A stretch of DNA of 64,000 nucleotides, from NCBI GenBank assembly GCA_012295275.1, contig CM022671.1, positions 27,590,001 through 27,654,000 of the forward strand, written 5' to 3'. Shown here in pieces: positions 26,201 to 36,800 of the stretch. The DNA is from Chrysomallon squamiferum (lineage: Eukaryota; Animalia; Mollusca). The position numbers and the translations under genes are program-made. The notes beneath the pieces were generated by a model, which did no database searches, had not been told where the DNA came from, and was given only the letters and a program-made list of their open reading frames with translations. Each line of letters opens with the position of its first letter. The first letter of the stretch is position 1.

Positions 26201-29200
26201 AATAAATAAATTCATAACCAATTTCAGTTTGGATTTTAGTTCCAATTTTACTATTTGTAAGAACTGCAATTTGTAAGAAGCATAAACCTAACAAAACATT
26301 TAAAAATCTAGATCCATTTTTATCAAAAAATAAAATAAAATAAATACAACAATTTTCTATGTTATCTCTCAATATTTAGATTTATCAATAATACCAAATT
26401 TGTTAATGTCAAAGATAGAGGGATTTATTTAAATATTATTAATGTGTCCTTCAGATCAATACCAGTCAGTCATAGATAAAATCAGACTGGGGCGGTTAAA
26501 TCTAACATCACAAGAACATGAATTCACATTGTTATGATAAAGTGAATCGCACAATTAAAGAATCACTTCATTAATAATTCATCTTCCTATAATGTTTATA
26601 ATGGCAAATAAATAATGTTTTTCTTTTGCAGACTGCTATATTTATTTATATATTAAAAAAAAAAAATGTTTTATGACTGCTAATATGACAAATATATACA
26701 GATATTAAGAATACACTTACTAAACCCATTTGTCCAAAATTCAAAGGTAATTACATGAATTTCTAATTATGTATCAGTTACTAGTACCATCAGCCAAATA
26801 AAATTTTAACAAACAGGTTATTTCTTTTTAAAAATCAAAATATATAATCTGCATTGGTCACCAGTATCTTTATAAAGTCCCATCTTCTCTGATCCTTAGA
26901 TGCAGCTAAAATATTTTAAAATATCAATATTTTTAAACTTAAGTCAATTTTATTAAAAAGAGTCCTTCAGTACATTACCAGTAAGTCATGAATAAATCAG
27001 ACTGGGGCGGCATACATGTATCATCATGTAGGACTCCAAATTATACTCTGTTATACTATAGCTTTAAAAAGAAAAAATTCTGTATATTCTTATAATGAAA
27101 TTATGTTATGGTGTAATAAAATCACTTTTTTTTAACCTTTTTATTGTTTTGAGTCATCTAAACATAAACACAGATATGTAAACCTTGTATAAATACCTGT
27201 TTGTTCTTTTCTTCACCTTTTCTGTCAACACAAAAAATGACATCTTCAATGTTTTCTCCAACACTGGGCTGGAATTATAAAAAAATGAAAAAAAAATTCA
27301 AAATAAAACAATTAAGATTCACAGAGGAGTTGATAAAACATGGAAAATTTGATGATAAATTTTTTTAGTTCAAATAACCAAAAGAAAGTGTGGAAGAATT
27401 TAAAATTATAAATACCTCTACATTAACATATGACGTAACATCTGGAGTCTGTAATGATGTACCATCTTCATCTTTATTTGTATGTGAAATGGCAGAAGAA
27501 AGATCAACAGTTAAAACCTGAAATGAAAAATTTCAAACATTTCACTCTAAAGGAAACTTACTCTTCTTTTGACCAAGTTCTGTTGCTAAACTTATAAATT
27601 GTTTTATAAATATACATTCCTAAATGTTCGTAATCCTAACTTGTAACTGGAGAAATTTTTGATCTGGATAAATAAATTAAAACAGAAGAATGCAGCAAAA
27701 TGTGAATCAGTAATGCAAATTAATCTTCTTTCCTGATGAAAACATTTTTTAAAAACTAGTTTGTGAAACAACTGTGAAAATCACTGAAAATCAACTACAT
27801 ATATAATAATCGTACATCTAACAGTAGGGTGTTCAACTCTTCTGTAGTTTCAGTCAGCAAAAAATTAGTAATCTGTCGACCTCTGAACTTTTTATCATCA
27901 GGCATCCAGGCACTAATTTCCCGATTCTGACACCATAACCAGTCCAGAAAACCAAAAGGAGCAGGCACATTTTTTGCATGCTGAAATTTCAAAACAGAAA
28001 TTAAAATTTAACAAACATTTAAAAAATAGAAAGATTTCAAATTCATCATTTCATTAAAGATTAATTATTTTACTGCAATTTGAAATTAATTAATTTCAGT
28101 AATTAATTTCAATAAACAGATATTAATGTTTGTGTTATCTGTTTAAAATAAAATAAAAAAATAAACTTTATTACCTCAAAAACATTGGGAATCTGTTTCT
28201 TGAACTTTACAACACACAGTATGTAACGTAGGTACTGGGCACAGTCATTCAAAGATGGAGGAGTGGTAAGACAAAATCTACCAAATAATAATAATAAATT
28301 AAAACAGAAAAAAGCAACAAACTGACTCAAATATCCATCATTTCCTATTATATACAGTATAGTTAATAACATTTAAGAAAATAAAACTGACCTGGCAAAA
28401 TGAACAGTGAATGGTAGTGAAACATCTCCTGTCTGCTGCAGTAAAACATCAAGGCAACTGGTTCCAAAGTATTTCATAATGTAATTGATAAAGCCAACCT
28501 CTTTCTTTTTCGGCGATTCATCACTGAAAGAAAATTATTAACACTACAGCACGAAGCATATCATGAAAGAAAACTGACCCATTTGTCAACATAAATAAAA
28601 CTTGCTGTTATTAAATGATTCTCTTTCTTAGTTTCTATCAGGATTCAATACTACACTGTTGTACATTAGACATAACAAATTAAATATGTGGTGTCTTTGT
28701 TTATCTGCATTAAACTTTTGAAAACGCTTAAAAAGTGATACATTTTACAGATTCTGGCAGTTTGAAACAGCTTATGAGAAACTGAAGATAATCACAGTTC
28801 AGATCACAAAAATGTTCCTTGACATTTTAACTATTTCATCTTAAACTTTAAATCATAAAATATTTTTATAAACAGATTGATTATTAGAATGAAACAAGTA
28901 ACCACTAAAACAACATTAGTATCTTCACTCATTATACAACTTACCCGTTAATAAGGGAACACAAGTCAAGATACAGTGATACAAGAGATGATACTAAATC
29001 TTTGACAGTAATTTTAGATTTCTTCTTCTGATCCATGGACTAAACACGAAGAGAAAATGAAAACAATGATAAAAACATGTTACTTACTCATTTTATGATT
29101 TTTTGTAAACTGAAAATAATCTGAGCTATTTTTACATAGCTGTGTAAAAATAGATTTCACAGATATCCAAGATATAATCTATCTATTTAAAAACAGTTTC

Positions 29201-32200
29201 ATCTACAAACCAAGTTAAAACAGGAATTACTGAACATGTGTAATATTTTTTTAATTCATTATCAACTTAAAAGCAGAGATTAACCATTTTAAGTTGTTGG
29301 GAGGTTTTTTGTACCTGAACATGCCTTGTCATCAAAACAGTAAAACAATTTTTTAAATGTTCTTGCAGCTTCATGGCTCTGAAAAATTAAAATAAAATTG
29401 TCAAAATTTTGGAATTTTAAATTAAATAAAAACAGGAGAAAAACATTCATACAAAATGAAATGCAAACTATTACTGACATAAATTAATATTTTAAAATAA
29501 AACATGTATTTTGCAGAGTACAAAATGCATACATTGACCAATTCAAACTTTACTTCAAAGGTTTAGGGTAGAAGTGCCCAACTGTTTATGAAGTGGTCAC
29601 TATTAAATATATATATATATATATATATATACAACTTTAAAAAAAAAAACCTTGTTTGTTATGCGAGTTCAATATTATTTACGATTCCACTAGTTATTTT
29701 ACAATGGGTTGAAAGCAATATAGGTAAATCTTCATATTTTCAACTGGCTGGTTGCATGTTGAGTAATACATCTACAACTTAATACGTCTTAATTTAAAGT
29801 ACAGTAGCTGCAACATTTGTCTGTCTGTCTTACTATACCAAACAAGAGACTGATTTTTATAAATCAGCATCCTTCAGAAATGTACCAGTCAGTCATGATT
29901 AAAATCAGACTGGGGCGGTAATAATCATCATGAATAAATTTGATTTAATGTATCTTTTTTCTCTAAAGTGTTCTGTAATCTAACTTTTTAAAATATAAAA
30001 TTAAACATCTGATTCACAGTATCATTCAAAAATAAAAGTATTAACCCCACCAAAAATAATATTTACCTTTTTATCTTGTGTTTATTCAAACATTTCTCAA
30101 CTTCAGGTGCAAGTTTGCTATACAAGAACAAGTTAGAACATATTAATGAGTATTTTACAAGGCAACAAAATAAAAATAAAAATCATGTTATAGCTGCTTT
30201 TACAGAGAAGTAGGTGTCTGTTCAGCAATATTTTCATGTAAAAATTCGGAAGAAAAAACGCATAAAAAAACACCATTCTGAGTAAATAAATATTTACCTT
30301 AAATAAATATTCAGAATCTTCACAACATTAAACATGTCAGCAACCACAAGAAGTCTGTCAAGCAGAGTCATCCAATAAAGACTGCGCTTTTCTCTTGAGA
30401 GCGACAACTAAACAAAAAAAAATGTATTTAGTTAAATAAAAATCGGTAATACATACTCTTCTAGGAAAAGAATTTTACTCTTATTCATCTTATTAAATTC
30501 ATGGATGGTTGTAAATACAATAATTCTTCTGTGTTTATCAGGCACAACTTGTGTGTGTAAACAAAACACATCAATCAATGCTTTAATACAGGACTTACCA
30601 AACTACTGTCAAACATCTGCACCTGTTGATTAATGTCATCAATTGGTATTTTCTCAAGTGATTTCATCAAAGAGCCAACACCTAGAATGTACAATACAAA
30701 TCACTGAATGTTAACATTTTTACACGTATTTTATTATACCAATTTCATTTCAGTTTGCTCTAATTAATGTTACAGGAAATTTAAAATACCAAGTTTTTAA
30801 ATTTGTTTTTAACTGAAATGCACACAGTTCATAAATATAATATATTCAGTTAATTTTAACTAAGGTTATACAAACTGAAATCAGTGATTATATTTACTAG
30901 ATGAAAATGCTTAGATTGCAAACTAATCTACAGTTTCAACTATTAAAACAATTTCCATCATTTTTGAAAAACAATAATAATCATGTCTTACAAATATGTT
31001 GTTTTTTCACTAGTTGGTTGTTTTCTGAGGGTGCTGAAACTCCCTCTTTGTTAAAGCTACCATCATTAGTGGATTCCAATATTTCTTTATCAGATGAATA
31101 CTTAGAAATACACCTGAAATTAATAAGAAAAAAAGAAAAAAAAAAGTTTTAACAGAAAATGGAAATTATGTAGAAAAAAGAAAAAAGATAAGTGAATTAT
31201 TTTCTTGTACATTATGTCATGTAACCACAAAAGCTTACAATTTTGAGACAAACCATCTGTTTATAATCAAACTAGTAATTTATTAAAAGTGAATATTTCG
31301 ATAAATTATACATTTTAAAAGTCCAAAGAAAAAACATACTTTATCAAATATTCAAAATACAACTCGATATTGTCTTGCAATTCCTCTCTTAGTTCAGTGT
31401 TTGATATATTTGAAATTCCATCTTTGAATAGACTTTTGGTAATAGCATTTTCTTCTTTTTTCAAATTTCCTGAAAAATAATTAAATGAAAATAACATTAG
31501 TATAAAAAACAAATACATTTAAAATTATGGATTTAAAAGTGATACAAATGCATTTTAGATCTGAACAGTTTTGTTCTTCTTTAAAAGAAATAAGAAAAAA
31601 ATGTACGGTGGCAATACTCCCAATTTTCTCATTAAAAGCACAATAAAATGATTAGATTACAAGATTATGGTTTTAACAAAGTAATTAAGAAAACTCAACT
31701 GGTTTATATTTTCAAGGCAAATGATTTTATGGCTTATCTAATCTGCTATGTTTAAATAAAAGTATTGTTGATAGTGTATCATATAAGGAAAAATTATTTT
31801 GTCTGTGAAAAACTGAAGGTAATCCATTACTGATAATTAATCATTAAAGAAACAAAGAAAAAATAAATAAATAAATAAAACAGGCAGTTAATTCATCTGA
31901 ATTCTGGAAATGCAAGCTGTTTTGCTCACTATTTTACTTTTTAAAAACATTAAATCTTTTTAAACTGGTTTATGATTATCATTATTTAAAGTGGAGAGTG
32001 AAAATATATGGAATTATTTTCAATACCAATATTGCAATAACAAAGGAAATCAAGGGTAAACCAGGATGTTGTACCACTTGATAAACTACATAGAATTAAC
32101 AGACAAGTTTACCATTTCAAAATGATCATCATGCAACTAAGGTAAGCTTATTTTGGTACTTCAGTGTCTGCAAACTTCCATACACATAGTCCGAGAAGTT

Positions 32201-32670
32201 CAATGTTTCATTTATTTTAGTGAGTGTCATGAGTTATGTGGCATAATGTCCAGTATAGTGCAGTTTTATACAACTTTTTTTTTCTGATAATGTTGATTAC
32301 AAAAAAAAATTTGTAACAAGTTAGATTATTATGATGTTTATTTTTATTTTTTGTAGATCTGCATAATCATAATGAAGGCAAATGGGAAATTAACACTAAT
32401 TACTGTTTTTATATTATATATTAGCATAATACCTGAAATAAAGGTCTCTGCAACACATTAAAACTTTCATCTTAAAAAAATGGTCATTGAATATTTCAAT
32501 AATCTATTACTTCAGTACTTTTTAATTTCTGTTGACAAAGTCAATGATAATTAAATTATTCAGGTATAACTTAAGGTACATATTAGTATTACATTTGTGC
32601 TAATTACAAAATCAGTGCAGTTAACTAAAAATAATTGAGCATTACCATTAGAATTCAATGAAAGCTTCAT
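20046..32670 (-). CDS. Uncharacterised ~1077-aa protein and snoRNA host gene; coding exons 32646-32670, 31340-31469, 30992-31113, 30599-30681, 30298-30407, 30067-30117, 29315-29378, 28945-29039, 28392-28523, 28175-28277, 27816-27980, 27416-27517, 27197-27268, 24436-24624, 23808-23864, 23054-23329, 21195-22548, 20875-20906, 20494-20525, 20046-20086; probable 5' exon ending at 33034
   Basis: Twenty GT-AG exons join in one open frame, apart from one extra base in the 1354-nt exon. The N-terminal ~360 aa look globular/helical and the rest is low-complexity acidic, SP- and K-rich. No family recognised; the start codon is less certain than the internal exons. Confidence 0.75.
22303..22392 (-). repeat. 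Coding 30-bp tandem repeat, ~3 copies (SPSKLNLVKS)
   Basis: agatttaaccaaattaagtttagatggaga is repeated; also visible in ORF 22258-22545. Confidence 0.9.
22731..22799 (-). ncRNA. SNORD31: Box C/D snoRNA SNORD31-like, copy 1
   Basis: GTGATGA...TACCGCCCCAGT-CTGA(D')...ATGACTGA(C')...CTGA(D), TCCA/TGGA terminal stem, in intron 22549-23053. Confidence 0.88.
23474..23543 (-). ncRNA. SNORD31: Box C/D snoRNA SNORD31-like, copy 2
   Basis: TTGATGA box C, TACCGCCCCAGT guide + CTGA, terminal CTGA, TGTCC/GGACA stem, in intron 23330-23807. Confidence 0.87.
24239..24309 (-). ncRNA. SNORD31: Box C/D snoRNA SNORD31-like, copy 3
   Basis: ATGATGA, AATACCGCCCCAGT-CTGA, terminal CTGA, GTCCT/AGGAC stem, in intron 23865-24435. 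Confidence 0.88.
24972..25037 (-). ncRNA. SNORD31: Box C/D snoRNA SNORD31-like, copy 4
   Basis: ATGATGA TTATTACCGCCCCAGT CTGA TTTAAATC ATGACTGA CTGGTACATTT CTGA. Confidence 0.86.
25457..25532 (-). ncRNA. SNORD31: Box C/D snoRNA SNORD31-like, copy 5 (variant box C GTGATGT)
   Basis: ACCGCCCCAGT-CTGA, ATGACTGA, CTGA, with a 7-bp ATGTTCT/AGAACAT stem. Confidence 0.82.
25962..26028 (-). ncRNA. SNORD31: Box C/D snoRNA SNORD31-like, copy 6
   Basis: Near-identical to copy 4; all boxes and the guide are intact. Confidence 0.86.
26445..26519 (-). ncRNA. SNORD31: Box C/D snoRNA SNORD31-like, copy 7 (variant box C GTGATGT)
   Basis: Near-identical to copy 5; guide and D'/C'/D boxes are intact, terminal stem is imperfect. 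Confidence 0.8.
26960..27036 (-). ncRNA. SNORD31: Box C/D snoRNA SNORD31-like, copy 8
   Basis: ATGATGA, guide TGCCGCCCCAGT (one G-U wobble), CTGA boxes, perfect 7-bp GAGTCCT/AGGACTC stem. Confidence 0.87.
29869..29935 (-). ncRNA. SNORD31: Box C/D snoRNA SNORD31-like, copy 9
   Basis: Near-identical core to copies 4/6, in intron 29379-30066. Confidence 0.86.
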
Positions 32671-33009
32671 TTTGATACATACTGTTTTGAAACAATACAA
32701 GATATTCAGTGTTTTATACACTCAGACACTGTATAATGTATTATGAGTATGTGTGACACAGTTAAAAATGTTTTAGTTGCCAAATCAGAAAATGACAATT
32801 GTTTATGAATAGTGAAGAAAAAAATACTTGCGAATTTTATTCAGATAGATCAAAGAGATCTTGGTGCCATTTTTATCTGCTTTTTTTTTCCCCTGTCATT
32901 CTGGTGATACACAATTTTATAGGAAAATTCTATTTCTCATTTTTCTGAACATTTTGTCACATACCTATACTTTATAAGACCCAGTCTACATCTACCAGTA
33001 AATTATTAA

Positions 33010-33660
33010 AACGTCGAAACCATATACATTTACCTCCATCATGCACGCATTGCTGGGCAATGCGTTTTGTTACTTTGCGCGCTAGTTTATTCATGACTGT
33101 CATAAGAATAATTCTGCAAACATTTCAGTTCGCAAAACCCCCACGTGTTGCACGCCGAACTCGATCTTCTTGGTAGACTGGACTAAGAGCGGCTTTACAC
33201 GTGTTTCGATTGGACTATAATTCAACCTAGTTAACCAATGGATTCGGCTAAAACATTTAAGTTAACAAAGCTAACATAAATACGTATTTTAATGTAATTG
33301 TTTTTATTGAATAATGATACATAATTTGTTCCACTCTTAAGATATGTTTAATAAATTATTATTTTATATAATATTTTATATTTTTATACTGTTTTTTATT
33401 TTTTACGTATATAGCACAACAACATGAACAAAATTAGCTTTATTAGCAAAGGACTATGGGATAGCAGCGATATAATACAACTCGGTTGGTGATGTTTAGT
33501 CCTTCACTGATTTCATTGTTAAAACATTTTGTAATGATATTAGGTATAGGAAGTGTAAGACAATAATACTGAAGTATTTGGTGCATCTAAATGGAAACGT
33601 CCGACCCTCTAGATTCTTCATAATGGTACCGAAACACCACTGGAAGAAACCAGCTATGTG
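33010..33660. promoter_or_regulatory. Putative bidirectional promoter region (snoRNA host gene / SETD1)
   Basis: CpG-retaining patch with CACGTG E-boxes (~33142, ~33198) between a minus-strand donor (GAG|gtaaat at 33034) and the SETD1 5' end. Confidence 0.55.
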
Positions 33661-33803
33661 AGGCACTAAGACAAGTTTTTGTTTGATTCACAACCGGATT
33701 ACCTATTTGTTATATTTATCCTTAGATATATTATAACATTAATTCTACCTCATTTTATATTTCAGGTGTAAATGGAATTGAAACCTGAGTCCAAGCTGCA
33801 ATC

Positions 33804-36800
33804 ATGGACAAGAAGCGAAGAAACTATAAGCTCATTGTTGACCCTTTTTTACACAGGGGTCAGCAACAGAAAGTTTATAGATTTGATGGTATAAATCCTG
33901 TGGTAAGGACCAGAAAATCGAATTTTGTAAATCATGGAATAATGTCAGAAAGAAAAACTATCAAATTTGGCATATGTCGATATGTGCTACAGCAAATTAC
34001 ATCAAACGTTTAGACCAAATCAGTTCTGATTACTGTTTCTGTCAAATATTTGTTACTGTAATAGAATTTATCCAGTTCCTCATGATTAACGGGACTGTCA
34101 TGATATAATCTTGTTTCATAGGTGAAAAATAATACGCAAAAGTCTTTGATGTGGACTACCATGTGAAAAAAAAAAAGTTCTACGAATACTGTTGATACTA
34201 TCAGCATCATTGTAAATACAGTGAATTCTTTCTTTGGTTAGGTGCATCATGCCTTCTCTATTATGCTAATGGATTTCAAAATCAAGTTAATGGTTTAAAC
34301 TGATAAAGATAATTTATTGGTAGAGTTTATTTTGAAGTTTCACTATTCATTTTTAATATGTTTTTCTATCTATATATTCTCCAGTTTCTGCATCATCAAG
34401 TTGCAAAAGGTTTAATATTAGTGTGAGAAATTTTAAAAATATTTAGGTTTTTGAAACTGATTACTGAAGGTGAAGTTTCTACCTCTGTAAAATCGCAAAA
34501 GCTGTCACCCTTTTTCAGTTTGAATTGCAGGGTGTTGCTTGTATTTGAAAAAATAATAATAATAATAAAAAAAAAAATGTTCTATGGTAAATAGAAAACT
34601 GTAGTAGAAAATTGAGAAATAGAATATTTTGGTTTAATATAATGTTAGAGAAAATGTGTTTGAAGAATATAATCCAGTGAGAAAGAAATCATTTTCAGGC
34701 TTCTGTGTTAAATGTCCCCATTTAATTGAGTAGGATTTGAAAGTTTAAAGAAATATCTCTTTTTCTCCATTAATTGGAGCTAATGTTGTTTAGTACTGTT
34801 CACTGTGTATTTGTTTATTGTTTAATAAGTTTTATCATTTAAAATGAAACATCACACACAGCTTTATTTTCTGTTTTTAGTGATAATAATTTAAACCTTA
34901 AATATTAATTTCTTTTTCTGTTTCAGGATAATCTTTTGGTTGAGGTCAAAGATCCACGACCAAGAATTCAGAGGAGTTGGTTTCGAAGACAACCAGCTGA
35001 TCTTCCGATTCCAAGATTTAAGGTATTTAACTTTTGACTTGTTAAATAAAAATTGGGATCTGTGATTTATCAGTGTGTTGTAATTGTGTATAAATAGTCT
35101 GTTAATTTTGTTTCTGTCAAAAAATCATTTTATGATTATGCAACCTGCTTGGGTTTTTATTTTATCCAGTTTACAAAAGACAAAATTATACTGATACCCA
35201 TTTCATTATTTAGCATTTGCATTTAGGAACATAGCTTGTTTAATTTACAGCTAACTCAGAAGTAGAAAAAGAAATAATATAATATTTTTAATATATCATT
35301 TTTTTTTTTATTAGCACCAATTAATTGTACAAATACAAATATATCAAAAAATTAATCTTTTTATATAATTAATTCAGTTAGTGTTAAATATTTTATATTA
35401 GCTTAGCCACATGATTATTAAAACTTGAATGATTATCTCCCTTGCTATGATGTTGATTTCTTCTGACTTTCAATGTTTCATATTTTTTACCTTAATAGTA
35501 AACCTTCTTCACAAGAATAGTTAGAATCAAAATTATTTGACTTTTTCCAAATGGATAATTTAGCATAAACGCTGTGATTTCTTTTGTTAATTTTACTGCC
35601 TAAAATGATAGATGTTATTATATACCTATTGATCTAATTGTCGTTTGATAAGACTCATGTTTAACCAGCCTGTTATTCAGTTTTTAATAAAAAAAAATTA
35701 TTACAGAATTCCATCTGGTTTTTAGAGTTTTATAAAAACAAATGTTTTAAATATATTACTTGATATTACTTTTTTCTTACTTTTAATATTTTTTAATACG
35801 TTTATTTATTTATTTTCATAAATAGTATGACTGTTATTATGTTGGAACACCTCCTGCCAAGGAAGTAACTTTCAGCAATCTAAATGACAATGTCAACAAA
35901 GACTTCTTGGAAAACATGTGCAAGTCATTCGGCAAAGTTGAAGAGTCTAAGATATACTACAATCCCAAAACAAAGAAACATATGGGCATTGGAAAGGTAA
36001 GACACATACACATAAAACCAACAACACATTTTGTTTCAAATTCGTCTTGCACAATTTCAGAATCTTGGGATTCTTTGATATTTTATATTTCTCTGTTGCA
36101 TACAAAGCATGGAAACTGCACATCAATTGAATGTTTCAACACACTGGACACATCGACAAAAGTCCAATTGTTTAGTGGCAAGAAACAAATTACAATGCAA
36201 ACAGTGGATGTATTTTAATCACTTTTTTCTTCTTTTTTTAAAAATAATTTGTTGCAAAAGTTTTAGAATGACATACTTGTTAATTTTCTCTTTGTAATAT
36301 CCATTTTTTGTTATCTTTATAAGGTTGTCTTTACATCGTCCAAAGCTGCCAAATCATGTGCAGAGAAGTTGAATCAAACTTCCAAGATGGGAAACATAAT
36401 GACTGTTGTTGTGGATACTATGGGTAAAAATCTTCTCATTACCTCTGAATGTCAGATTAGTTTAAAGCTATTCATTTGTTTTTTGATGCCTTAAATTCAA
36501 CATTCTTGTTGAAATAAAAACTGTTTTGAAGAAGATGCTCAACACTTGCCTATAAAGATAATTGAAAATCTGAATAATTTACAGAATGTAATTTTTAAAT
36601 CATAATTTTATGTGGTTTTCAATATGAATTGAGTTTCTAAAACATACTTGAATTAATGTATCTTTGATGGATTTAGTAGAAATATAAATGTTTCAAATAA
36701 AATCACATATAAATTATTATTTTGCTAAGGATAAACTATTACATAAAAAAAAAAAAATTTGTATAGATTGTTGTGTTTATTTCATTATCTCTATGACAAC

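Larger units (their letters stand above)
24880..26752. repeat. ~0.9-1.0 kb tandem duplication, each unit carrying two SNORD31-like copies
   Basis: tgcagaccca...ttataattactagatccattacct at ~24883 and ~25881; taagaatacactt.ctaaacccatttg.ccaaaattcaa at ~25835 and ~26706. The intervening sequence is collinear. Confidence 0.9.

Noticed and set aside
22731-29935. Recurring tcagactggggcgg motif as a CRISPR array, GC-box set or rRNA fragments
   Set aside because: Eukaryotic introns, irregular 0.5-3 kb spacing and no cas genes. The match to rRNA is only ~12 nt and is embedded in C/D boxes, which a snoRNA guide explains.
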